Positions 17,637 through 26,584 of a stretch of DNA of 64,000 bases are shown in pieces. The notes below the pieces were generated by a model. It saw only the letters and a program-made list of their open reading frames with translations, had not been told where the DNA came from and made no database searches. Each line of letters starts with the position of its first letter. Position 1 is the stretch's first letter. This DNA is from Spirosoma sp. (GTDB taxonomy: Bacteria; Bacteroidota; Bacteroidia; Cytophagales; Spirosomataceae). The DNA lies in contig JANPJE010000145.1 in NCBI GenBank assembly GCA_031425355.1, forward strand, positions 5,671 through 69,670, read 5' to 3'. Made by a program: the position numbers and the translations under genes.

Positions 17637-18785
17637 ATGCAAAATTCTACCTACGCTACTCAGGAACCCGCCCTTGCTCAACCTTCGCCTGTCCGGCGGC
17701 TCTTATCGCTCGATGCTTTACGGGGTTTTGACATGTTCTGGATTATTGGTGGGGAAGAGGTTTTTCACGTGTTAGCTAAAACAACCGGATGGGCATGGGC
17801 TGTTTTCATGGCCGATCAATTTACACACGTAGCCTGGAACGGTTTCCGGCCTTACGACTGCATTTTCCCACTTTTTCTGTTTCTGGCGGGTGTTTCAACG
17901 CCTTATTCTTTAGGAAGCCGATTAGCTAAGGGTGACGACCGGGCTATGCTGGCGCGAAAAGTCATTACGCGCGGGCTGATTTTAGTCTTGCTGGGGATTA
18001 TCTATAACAACGGCTTATTTATGCGCCCTCTGGCCGAAATGCGTTTTGGCAGCGTTTTGGGACGCATCGGGCTGGCCGGCATGTTTGCCCAACTGATTTA
18101 CCTATATGTGCAGAATGAACGGGCGCGTTACGGCGTTTTTGCGGGTATCCTGCTGGGTTTCTGGGCTTTGTTGATGTTCGTGCCGGTGCCGGGCTTTGGT
18201 GCCGGAAACCTAACGATGGAAGGCAGTTTAGTCGGTTACGTAGACCGGCTGCTCATGCCTGGTCGGTTGTACAAAATCATTCACGACCCCGAAGGGATCC
18301 TCTCTACCCTGCCCGCCATTGGCACCGGTCTGCTGGGCGTTTTCGCCGGAACGATTCTGCGTCGGCACGGTGCAACCGACAGCCGAAAGCTTCAGCAACT
18401 TATTGTTTGCGGAGTGATTTGTGTTGCGCTCGGCTGGATTTGGAACGTCGTGTTACCAGTTAATAAAAACCTATGGACGAGCTCATTCGTGCTCGTTGCC
18501 GGGGGCTGGAGTTTCCTGATACTGAGCTTATTCTACTGGATTATCGACGTGCGAAACTGGCAGCGGTGGACCTTTTTCTTTGTGGTAATCGGCATGAATT
18601 CGATTCTGATTTATCTGGCTGGCAAGATTATTGATTTTGATCATGCCACGCATTTTCTTTTTGGCGGCCTGCTCACTTTCTTCAGCGAACCCGTTCAGGC
18701 GGTGGGGACTGTACTGGCTTTCCTCGCCGTAAAATGGCTTTTTCTTTATTTTCTTTATAAGAAGAAAACGTTTCTACGGGTGTAA
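17637..18785 (+). CDS. HGSNAT/NagX-like (DUF5009) membrane acyltransferase family protein
   Basis: RLLSLDALRGFDMFWI, DCIFPLFLFLAGVS, VLGRIG, HDPEGILST, PVNKNLWTSSFVL, GMNSILIY. Confidence 0.85.
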   Translation: MQNSTYATQEPALAQPSPVRRLLSLDALRGFDMFWIIGGEEVFHVLAKTTGWAWAVFMADQFTHVAWNGFRPYDCIFPLFLFLAGVSTPYSLGSRLAKGDDRAMLARKVITRGLILVLLGIIYNNGLFMRPLAEMRFGSVLGRIGLAGMFAQLIYLYVQNERARYGVFAGILLGFWALLMFVPVPGFGAGNLTMEGSLVGYVDRLLMPGRLYKIIHDPEGILSTLPAIGTGLLGVFAGTILRRHGATDSRKLQQLIVCGVICVALGWIWNVVLPVNKNLWTSSFVLVAGGWSFLILSLFYWIIDVRNWQRWTFFFVVIGMNSILIYLAGKIIDFDHATHFLFGGLLTFFSEPVQAVGTVLAFLAVKWLFLYFLYKKKTFLRV

Positions 18786-18790
18786 GTAGG

Positions 18791-18861
18791 AGTCAGGAAT
18801 TAGTCAGTAATGGTCAGGTGTTGTCAGACATAGACGACCAAAACCTGACCATTCATGACTA
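18791..18861. repeat. ~10-bp periodic GTCA/TGAC tandem-inverted array between convergent genes
   Basis: gtca at 18792, 18803, 18813, 18823; tgac at 18846, 18856. Same family as 48777-48916. Confidence 0.7.
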
Positions 18862-19779
18862 TTTTTTCGCCGTCAGAGTCATCAGCCAGGCTTTGCAGTT
18901 GTCGGGCCAGGAGTTGAGCGAGCCGAACTTTGCCGTTCGCAGACCGTACCCATGCCCTCCCGCTGGATAGAGGTGCATTTCGGCTTGAACGCCGTTTTTC
19001 AGGCAGGCTAAGTAATAATTGATACTATTCTCGACAGGAACGGCTTTATCATCTTCGGAATGCACCAGAAAGGTAGGCGGTGTTTGATTGGTCACCTGTA
19101 ACTCATTGGAATAGTAAGCCACCATTTCAGGCGACGTATTAAGTTTACCCAACAGTTTATCCCGCGAACCCGTATGGGCTTTGTCGCCAAAAGTCACGAC
19201 CGGATAAAGCAAAATGGCGAAATTAGGCTTAGCCTGTTCACTTGCTTTCGGCCCCCGGTGATAATGGGTGGCGAGCGTTGCTGCCAGATGCCCACCCGCT
19301 GAGAAGCCCATAACGCCAATTTTGTTCGGGTCAATGCCATACCGGGCCGCATTTTGCCGGATTATTGTCATACCCTGCATAGCATCCATCAAGGGCACCT
19401 CCTCCTGATTTGTCATGATTTCAGGATTCGGCAATCGGTATTTCAGCACGAAAGCGGCCACCCCCATTTCATTAAACCAACGTGCTACGTCGGCCCCTTC
19501 GTGGCTCGCGGCCAGAATGCCATAGCCACCACCGGGGCATATCATCACTGCCGCCCCCGTTGCTCTCTCTTTAACAGGAAGGTAGGTCGTGATTGTCGGG
19601 ACGGATACGTTGCTGATTCTCAGAATATTATTGGCATCTGTCTCCGATTTTTCCGTAATCAACGATCCGGCAACAGCATTAGGAATGGCATTATCGGGCC
19701 AGAGTTTAGTAACCTCCTGCGCGAAGGCGGGTTGACCTAATGTAGTGGCAAGCAGCATACTAAGCAGAAGAAATCGCAT
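18859..19779 (-). CDS. Secreted alpha/beta hydrolase (carbohydrate esterase-like)
   Basis: CPGGGY, LKYRLP, GFSAGGHLA nucleophile elbow, PPTFLVHSEDD, GGHGYG; signal peptide from MRFLLL. Confidence 0.88.
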   Translation of the reverse strand: MRFLLLSMLLATTLGQPAFAQEVTKLWPDNAIPNAVAGSLITEKSETDANNILRISNVSVPTITTYLPVKERATGAAVMICPGGGYGILAASHEGADVARWFNEMGVAAFVLKYRLPNPEIMTNQEEVPLMDAMQGMTIIRQNAARYGIDPNKIGVMGFSAGGHLAATLATHYHRGPKASEQAKPNFAILLYPVVTFGDKAHTGSRDKLLGKLNTSPEMVAYYSNELQVTNQTPPTFLVHSEDDKAVPVENSINYYLACLKNGVQAEMHLYPAGGHGYGLRTAKFGSLNSWPDNCKAWLMTLTAKK

Positions 19780-19829
19780 AGTAAAGTAGGGTTGAAAACA
19801 GAAAAAGCCGACCGGATGGTCGGCTCTAC

Positions 19830-21077
19830 TCATATTTCTACCTCACTGTCGGCATCTGATAGTTTGCTGTTCGGACTTTCACGCAATACGTCAATAAGCT
19901 CTTTGACCTGATATACAGATGTGTTGTATCGGTTTCCGAGAATAATAATCACATATTCATCTTTGGGGCTAAACCAGAACATTGTGTTGTAGCCTTTCCA
20001 CCAACCAGAATGGTAAATGTATTCGGGCTGATTGGTTTCGTTCAGCATCATCCGAAAGCCATACCCGTAATTTTTGGCACCTTTCCGCTCAAAACTACGG
20101 GGTAGAAAAGCTTCATCGAGCATTTTCTTCGGCAATAGACAATCGCCGTTCAGGGCACGATACCAGCGAAACAGATCGCCAGTTGTTGAATATATTCCCT
20201 TATCACCAACGACATCATCATAATAGTCTTTCGGAATGCGTCTATTCCACTGGTAACCAGCCGTTCGATGATGGTTAATTGAATCATTTTTTGTCGTTGC
20301 CACAAAGGTCTGGTGCATACCCAATGGCTCAAAAATGTTCTTGTGAACAAATGCCTCGTAACTCTGGCCGGTTACCTTTTCAATAATCGACGCCAGAACC
20401 ATGTAATTGGTATTGCTGTAGCTAAATCCCCGACCCGGAATATTATACCTCTGGGGCGTCGGCTTAACCGTTGCGAACCAATGCATGATGGTCGCGTTGG
20501 ACGGGTAAGGCTTTTCTTTCTTATAAAAATTAACCTTCATGCTATCATCGAAGGCATATTGATAGTTGGGCAGGCCGCTTCGATGGCTCAACAATTCGCG
20601 GATGGTGATGCCGTGATATGGGAAGCCAGGGTAAAATTTCTGAATGGTATCCTCAAATTTGAGTTTGCCCGTTTCAATCAATTTTAGGGTACCGACAGCC
20701 GTGAATGTCTTCGAAAGGGAAGCCAACTGGAATTTTGAATCATCAACCAGAGTGTCGCGCTGATTTCGTTCAAAATGACCCAGTCCAAAGCATTTCTTGT
20801 ACAGAACCATGCCTTTTTGAGCCACCAATACGTTACCATTCAATCCCCCGCGTACCTTCTGCTGAAAAATTTCATCAATCTGCCGCACCTTTTCATCCGC
20901 CCTGATCTGCTCTCGAACATTTTTTTGTTGAGATGCTGTCAGAACTTGCTCATCGGCACAGGTACGCAATGCGTTTGCTGTCTGATTAAGGGTTTTCTGG
21001 TCCTGCCCACAGGAGACACCGACTCCTGCGACTATCAAAACACTAATCCAACTCCAGATTTTATTTGTCCACACCAT
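19830..21077 (-). CDS. Serine hydrolase, beta-lactamase/AmpC-PBP superfamily, probable lipoprotein
   Basis: SLSK (SxxK), LLSHRSGL, YSN, HSG; lipobox-like GVSC. Confidence 0.85.
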   Translation of the reverse strand: MVWTNKIWSWISVLIVAGVGVSCGQDQKTLNQTANALRTCADEQVLTASQQKNVREQIRADEKVRQIDEIFQQKVRGGLNGNVLVAQKGMVLYKKCFGLGHFERNQRDTLVDDSKFQLASLSKTFTAVGTLKLIETGKLKFEDTIQKFYPGFPYHGITIRELLSHRSGLPNYQYAFDDSMKVNFYKKEKPYPSNATIMHWFATVKPTPQRYNIPGRGFSYSNTNYMVLASIIEKVTGQSYEAFVHKNIFEPLGMHQTFVATTKNDSINHHRTAGYQWNRRIPKDYYDDVVGDKGIYSTTGDLFRWYRALNGDCLLPKKMLDEAFLPRSFERKGAKNYGYGFRMMLNETNQPEYIYHSGWWKGYNTMFWFSPKDEYVIIILGNRYNTSVYQVKELIDVLRESPNSKLSDADSEVEI

Positions 21078-21216
21078 CCTAACCCGCTTATTGTCCTGTA
21101 ATTATATCAAGTAAGTTCCAACAAAAGTAGCAGTTTGCGCTACACACGTCTCTATTTTCTGTGGAAATTGCGCGAAAATTCGTAAATGGTCTTGGGAGAG
21201 ACTGCCAGGGAATGGT

Positions 21217-22731
21217 TCAGAACCCTCTGCGGGGCGAGGTAATTGATCGGGGTCGGCTGCCTAAAATGCCCGTTTTGCGCAGGCTGATGTAAGCCCCCAT
21301 ACTATTTGGCAACAATTCACCCGCATCAATGGCGAAAGAACCGTTTAGCACTGTGCCACCGAACAGATTTATTGGCAAGGATGCAGTCAATAAACCAGAA
21401 AACTGAGCAGGAACGGTCAAATAAGGAATTGGGTACGTTCCAGCGTTTCGGCTATATGACAAGCGAGCCGTCAGGTCTACTTTATTAACCACTAATGCGC
21501 TCAGGCCTAAATGAAAAACGCTCACCCGGTTATTAACAATGCCCGCCCGGCTGGGTAGTGAGGGCAGCGCTTCCGATTGGGGTGTTAAAAACGGGGTTCC
21601 GATAGTACGTCCAAAATAAGCCCATCCATCTAAAAACTGACTATGGTTAAAATAATCGTCACGACCCCGACGCTGGGGATCGTCAATAATAAATAACTCT
21701 CCTCCCTGGCTGCCCGTAAACAAGTATTCAGCCGTGATCTGACGCAGAAAAAAACTGGCTCCAGTTGGTTGTTGACGATTTTTAAGCCGTAATCCATTAA
21801 GTCCATCTTCAAGATTAGTCCCGTAAAAGAGCGAACCATCGTCATATAAAAATTGGCGGTACGCAAACAGATTCCAGTTAGTGAAGTTAATGTCAGCCGC
21901 TAAATCAAGCGATCCTAAATGATTACCAATGCGGTTGTCTTCAAACGAGGTCAGGTTTTTATCATTGGTATAATCGTTTCCCCGAGTTCCCAATACTACG
22001 GCCGGAAAGTAACGTAGTGTTGATGGCAATTGCCCATTCACGGAAACGACTGGCCCCAGAATGCTGGAATAGCCAGCCCAGATCACTTCATGATTGAAAC
22101 CGCCATACAAGCGAAACCGCCACGAGGGCTTGCCAATACGTCCGTATACATAAGTTTGATGGAGATAGGAGCCTGTTATTAAGCGGTCAGCGTTTTCAAA
22201 CCAGCCATGTGCAAAGACGCCCATAACCGAAAATGCCCCTTTGGTAAACGGTATAGGGGTATAGCTAGGCAGACCAACCTGAATTTTGGGGATTGGCAGG
22301 GCATTACCTGACCAGGCATACGAACCCGTTGTCAGGAGCGTATCGACTAAGCCAACGATTTCCTTCCGACGACCGGCGTAGAGTTCGAGCGCACCAAAAC
22401 GGACTTTTAAGTAGGCTTCGGGTATGAGGAACTGATTTGTCGTTCCTGCATTGGTAATCAGATTGAGACCATAGCCCCAATCAATTTTCGGTCTGTAACC
22501 TGAGCTATCGGTCGCTCTATAATCAGATCTGAGACCCACATTCAGGCGCAGGGCAGGATTCTGAAGAGGAACAGTGCCATATTGATTAGCCCGCAACCAG
22601 AACGGAGTTTGAGCCGTCGAAACCAGTACACCTACTTCTGCCTGGTAGTGGTTATTACGTTGGCCATAAATTAGTAGAGGAGAGGTAATAACGAACAATC
22701 CACATAAAACCCCTAAAAGTGCAAATCTCAT
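21217..22731 (-). CDS. Capsule assembly Wzi family outer-membrane protein (paralog 1)
   Basis: TPFWLRANQYG, TGSYAWSGNALPIPKIQ, GNHLGSLD, DDYFNH, GTPF; at the end of the polysaccharide locus. Confidence 0.8.
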   Translation of the reverse strand: MRFALLGVLCGLFVITSPLLIYGQRNNHYQAEVGVLVSTAQTPFWLRANQYGTVPLQNPALRLNVGLRSDYRATDSSGYRPKIDWGYGLNLITNAGTTNQFLIPEAYLKVRFGALELYAGRRKEIVGLVDTLLTTGSYAWSGNALPIPKIQVGLPSYTPIPFTKGAFSVMGVFAHGWFENADRLITGSYLHQTYVYGRIGKPSWRFRLYGGFNHEVIWAGYSSILGPVVSVNGQLPSTLRYFPAVVLGTRGNDYTNDKNLTSFEDNRIGNHLGSLDLAADINFTNWNLFAYRQFLYDDGSLFYGTNLEDGLNGLRLKNRQQPTGASFFLRQITAEYLFTGSQGGELFIIDDPQRRGRDDYFNHSQFLDGWAYFGRTIGTPFLTPQSEALPSLPSRAGIVNNRVSVFHLGLSALVVNKVDLTARLSYSRNAGTYPIPYLTVPAQFSGLLTASLPINLFGGTVLNGSFAIDAGELLPNSMGAYISLRKTGILGSRPRSITSPRRGF

Positions 22732-22772
22732 AGATAAATGGGCCCTTTAGATTGCTGAATCTGCAAGATGAA

Positions 22773-24152
22773 TCATTTCCCACGACCTTGTGCCATTACC
22801 CGAAGTGTCTGGGCAATAATCCACATATCGAATAAAAAAGACCGACGCTGGGGATAAAGCAGATCATAACGCAAACGCTGTACCATCTCATCAATATTGG
22901 CTGCGTATCCGTATTTAATCTGACCGATGGACGTAATGCCTGGTTTTACTTTTAACAGGGAGCGGTATTCTGGTGCAATTTCAACAATCTGATCAATGAA
23001 AAACTGTCGTTCCGGCCGTGGTCCTACTACTGACATATCTCCAATCAGTACGTTGTAAAATTGCGGAATTTCATCAAGGCGGGTCTGACGCATAAATCGT
23101 CCCCAGGGCGTAATACGATTGTCGAGTAATCCTCCCGATAGTACAGGCCCCATTTTTTCAGCATCAACGTACATACTCCGGAATTTGTAGATACTGAAGG
23201 GTTTACTGTTCCGCCCAATACGTTCCTGTGCATAAAAAATTGGTCCTGGCGATGTAAGTCGCGTAATGGCAGCGATCAGCAAGAAGAATGGTGAGCCTAA
23301 ACCCAGAGCCGCTATTGAAAATAGAATATCGAAAGATCGTTTCAGGATATTAACCCGAAAATCGGCCAGCATTTCCTGGGACAAATTCAGAACCGGCAGA
23401 AAATCGTGGTATTCAACAGAGGTGCCCCTCGTTAGAAATCCTCTAAAGTCAACCAATAGTTTCACCTGATAATCAAGCTCTTCGGCATTATCTGTAATCG
23501 TTCGGAGGTGATCATTATCCATGTATGGCAGGCAACAGTAAACGCAATCTATACCTTCCTGTTGTATATAGGCTGACAAGTTGTTGTAGTCCCCCTTGAT
23601 AATGCTTTCATTTTCGGTGGAAGGCTGGTCGAAATACCCATAAAAACGAAAGCCCATTTCGGGGTGCATCTCGTAAAAACTTTGGATGGAAGCCGCCAGT
23701 TTGCCGTAGCCAACAATCACGTACCGTCGATTATTATACCCTCTGGCTCTATATTCCCTTAAGAAAAGTAATCCTCCTATTCGGAAGGCGGTTGCCAGAC
23801 CAGTGAAAAGGGCGTAAGTAATTAATAGATGTTCCCTCGAAAAATAGTATCCTTTTACAGCTACCCAGTAGATGGAGATGACAGCCATATGAACAGCCAT
23901 CAGAATTAATAATTTTTTTATTAAGTGGTCAATTTTAAATAATTGTCGGGGAAATATGTACGGTTTAAATACTATTATTTCAACTAACCATATTAAATTA
24001 AATAAACCCCAGAGCGACGCATACGGAGGTTCTGAGACGGTCTGTAATGTTTGAAATTTGATTAAAAAAGCCCCCACAAAAGCGACATTGAGGCTCAGGA
24101 AATCAACGATTACATGAAGCGGAAAAAATAATATGGAATAACGATGCCTCAT
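22773..24152 (-). CDS. Undecaprenyl-phosphate sugar phosphotransferase (WcaJ/CpsE-like initiating transferase)
   Basis: KRSFDI, GPIFYAQERIG, KFRSM, RLDEIPQFYNVLIGDMSVVGPRPER, KPGIT; N-terminal TM helices and CoA-binding-like domain. Confidence 0.93.
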   Translation of the reverse strand: MRHRYSILFFPLHVIVDFLSLNVAFVGAFLIKFQTLQTVSEPPYASLWGLFNLIWLVEIIVFKPYIFPRQLFKIDHLIKKLLILMAVHMAVISIYWVAVKGYYFSREHLLITYALFTGLATAFRIGGLLFLREYRARGYNNRRYVIVGYGKLAASIQSFYEMHPEMGFRFYGYFDQPSTENESIIKGDYNNLSAYIQQEGIDCVYCCLPYMDNDHLRTITDNAEELDYQVKLLVDFRGFLTRGTSVEYHDFLPVLNLSQEMLADFRVNILKRSFDILFSIAALGLGSPFFLLIAAITRLTSPGPIFYAQERIGRNSKPFSIYKFRSMYVDAEKMGPVLSGGLLDNRITPWGRFMRQTRLDEIPQFYNVLIGDMSVVGPRPERQFFIDQIVEIAPEYRSLLKVKPGITSIGQIKYGYAANIDEMVQRLRYDLLYPQRRSFLFDMWIIAQTLRVMAQGRGK

Positions 24153-24332
24153 ACCTGTTAGGTTTACTCATCTGCGTTTGGACGTATTTACCGAACTGGA
24201 TACGCTAAAAGTAGCATATAGGATTGATGAGTTCTTACGAATATTATCCTACGGTTCAGACAACCGGACTGCAAATTAGTCACAAAAGCCATCTTAAAAA
24301 AATCCAAATACTACTGGTGCATACAAAGTACT

Positions 24333-25871
24333 TTATCTATAACCATTAGCGTGCCAACTCTTACGTACACTAATAAAGGTGCCAAAACTATTTCGATAGA
24401 GCGTGCCTGCATCAGCAGCAACGCTTCCGGTTACCTGTAGGCCACCCATAATAGTAAGTGGAGCAACTATACTTAAGTAGGCCGAGAACTGATCCCGAAC
24501 CGATTCGTAAGGTACATTATACGTACCAAAATTTCGACTGTAAGAAAATTTCGCCTGATACGAAACAGGAGCAGTTAACGCCCGTCCACGAATTGGCAAA
24601 CTTCCCGCAAGGCCAGTATGAAACACATAAACCCGATTATTGGCTGTGAATGTTCCCTGCGGATACTGATTTTGCGCCCCCAAAGCCGGAGGAATGAATG
24701 GTGTGCCTATAGTGTGCTGGCGATAGGACCAGCCATCGCGATACTGCTGATGGTTAAAATAGTCGTCCTTACCTCGCTTTTGGGGATCGTTGATTATAAA
24801 TTCAGGTCCACCCTGACTGGTCGTATTCAGAAACTCAAAGAGTATGTCCCGCACGAGTGCGTCAGGATCATTACGCCGAATACGTAACCCATGCAATCCA
24901 TCTGCAATGTTAATCAGTGAGAATAGTGAACCATCTTCATAGAAACTCTGCCGATAGAAATACAGGGTGTGTCTGACTAAATCTACTTCAAGACCTACAT
25001 CGATGCTTCCTAAATGATTACCAACCCGGTTAGTAATTTCAAAATACGTATAAGCACTCGAATCTGTACGGCTAAAGCGGTCGCCAACGACTACGTAATA
25101 ATAATCACGTAAGCTTGATGGCAACTGCCCGTCGCTTGGGACTAAACCTGTGCCTTTCAACTGATCGGACTGTCCGCCCCAAATAGCCTGGTGATTGAAC
25201 CCGCCATAGGCACGTATCACTTCCTGTGGCCGTCCGAAACGGATATACAATGATTTCTGGTGCAGCATTGGATTTTGTACATACCCTGAAGCAGGCAAGA
25301 AACCGTGCGCGAACGTACCCTGAACAGCAACCCACCCTTTTGTAAACCCGATTGGTGTAAAAACCGGGATCGAAATCTGAATTTTGGGGATTGGCAGGGC
25401 ATTACCTGACCAGGCATACGAACCCGTTGATAGTGTCGAATCGGCCAGACCAAATTTCTCGCGCTGTCGTCCGATGTACCCTTCAAAAATACCCCGGCGC
25501 ACCTTCACATACGCTTCCGGGAGCAACACGCTTTTCTCGTACGGTAACTGATTTAGACCAGCATTGACCACTACGTTCATCCCGTAGCCAACATCAAATT
25601 TCGACTCGCGCCAACGACCTGTACTGTGGCGGGCGGTATCGTAATTGCTCTGTAGGCCAGCCCGAAACGTGAACACCGGCGATTGATTTGAAACAATACC
25701 GTATTGATTAGCTCTCAGCCAAAAAGGAGTTTCAACGGATGAAGATAAATAGGTACCTGCTTCGGCCGTGTATTGAGAGGGTTTGCGAATTGACTGAGCC
25801 GGTAGATAAGATGAAGTAATTATTAAAAAAAATAACGCGAAAAATAAACCTGACTTTAAGCAAGTGTGCAT
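24333..25871 (-). CDS. Capsule assembly Wzi family outer-membrane protein (paralog 2)
   Basis: Same motifs as paralog 1 (TPFWLRANQYG, WSGNALPIPKIQ, GNHLGSID, DDYFNH); ATG at 25871. Confidence 0.8.
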   Translation of the reverse strand: MHTCLKSGLFFALFFLIITSSYLPAQSIRKPSQYTAEAGTYLSSSVETPFWLRANQYGIVSNQSPVFTFRAGLQSNYDTARHSTGRWRESKFDVGYGMNVVVNAGLNQLPYEKSVLLPEAYVKVRRGIFEGYIGRQREKFGLADSTLSTGSYAWSGNALPIPKIQISIPVFTPIGFTKGWVAVQGTFAHGFLPASGYVQNPMLHQKSLYIRFGRPQEVIRAYGGFNHQAIWGGQSDQLKGTGLVPSDGQLPSSLRDYYYVVVGDRFSRTDSSAYTYFEITNRVGNHLGSIDVGLEVDLVRHTLYFYRQSFYEDGSLFSLINIADGLHGLRIRRNDPDALVRDILFEFLNTTSQGGPEFIINDPQKRGKDDYFNHQQYRDGWSYRQHTIGTPFIPPALGAQNQYPQGTFTANNRVYVFHTGLAGSLPIRGRALTAPVSYQAKFSYSRNFGTYNVPYESVRDQFSAYLSIVAPLTIMGGLQVTGSVAADAGTLYRNSFGTFISVRKSWHANGYR

Positions 25872-25987
25872 CGAGTACCGGGTGTAACGTGAATAATGGG
25901 AGCACAATAATAATGCCGGACGATTATCTTTATTGTAAAATTTTATAGATTCTGAGATTACGGCGGTGTGTGTATAGGTAATTAATC

Positions 25988-26028
25988 AAAAAAAGAGACC
26001 AGCCTATATAGAGCTAGTCTCTTTTTTT
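25988..26028 (-). terminator. Rho-independent terminator (bidirectional-type) after the fibre/T9SS pair
   Basis: aaaaaaagagaccagc ... gctagtctcttttttt. Confidence 0.7.
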
Positions 26029-26049
26029 ACGTTGATTTCGCACAAAAAA

Positions 26050-26583
26050 CTACTTCTTGACGATGCGGCCAACGGCCTTCTGCTGATTAGCTTCTACGAT
26101 AGGCATGTAAACACCCGCATTGACCGCATCCGCCTTCCATTCGATCTGATGCTTTCCAGCCGACTGGTTTTCGTCCGTTACAAGCTGGCCGACAATTTTA
26201 CCCTGCGAATCGGTGATCCATAGATTCACCTTGCCATCGGCAGGCAGATAATAGTCAATCATGGTTGACTGATCAAACGGGTTCGGAAATGCTTTTAACT
26301 GTAGAGAAATTTCGTTTTCGCCACCAACTGGCTTAACCTCAGCCGTGAACAAACTACCCGTTTTTGCCTCGAAACCCGGCATTAACGTAATCGACTGGCC
26401 TGCCTTATAGTCGACAGTTGTGCCTGAGCTTACTTTGTTAACTGCTTCGATTGTCTCTACCGCCTGCTCCAGATATTGACCCGCTTTTTCGTAGCTGATT
26501 TGAATACGCAGTTTTTTTTGAGGGCTTTGCGCCAGGCAAACCAGCGACAGGCAAACTCCCGTGAGTGTCAGAATAGTTTTCAT
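26050..26583 (-). CDS. Small T9SS type-A CTD protein with one small beta domain (resembles the 3-coathanger stack motif)
   Basis: Signal peptide MKTILTLTGVCLSLVCLA; YKAGQSITLMPGFEAKTGSLFTAEV; CTD AFPNPF...GKIVGQL...AGVY...GRIVKK. ATG is 1 nt after the upstream stop. Confidence 0.8.
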   Translation of the reverse strand: MKTILTLTGVCLSLVCLAQSPQKKLRIQISYEKAGQYLEQAVETIEAVNKVSSGTTVDYKAGQSITLMPGFEAKTGSLFTAEVKPVGGENEISLQLKAFPNPFDQSTMIDYYLPADGKVNLWITDSQGKIVGQLVTDENQSAGKHQIEWKADAVNAGVYMPIVEANQQKAVGRIVKK

Positions 26584-26584
26584 A

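Noticed and set aside
19830-21077. Beta-lactam resistance gene
   Set aside because: SxxK/YxN/HSG motifs are shared by many esterases and peptidases; nothing indicates true beta-lactamase activity.
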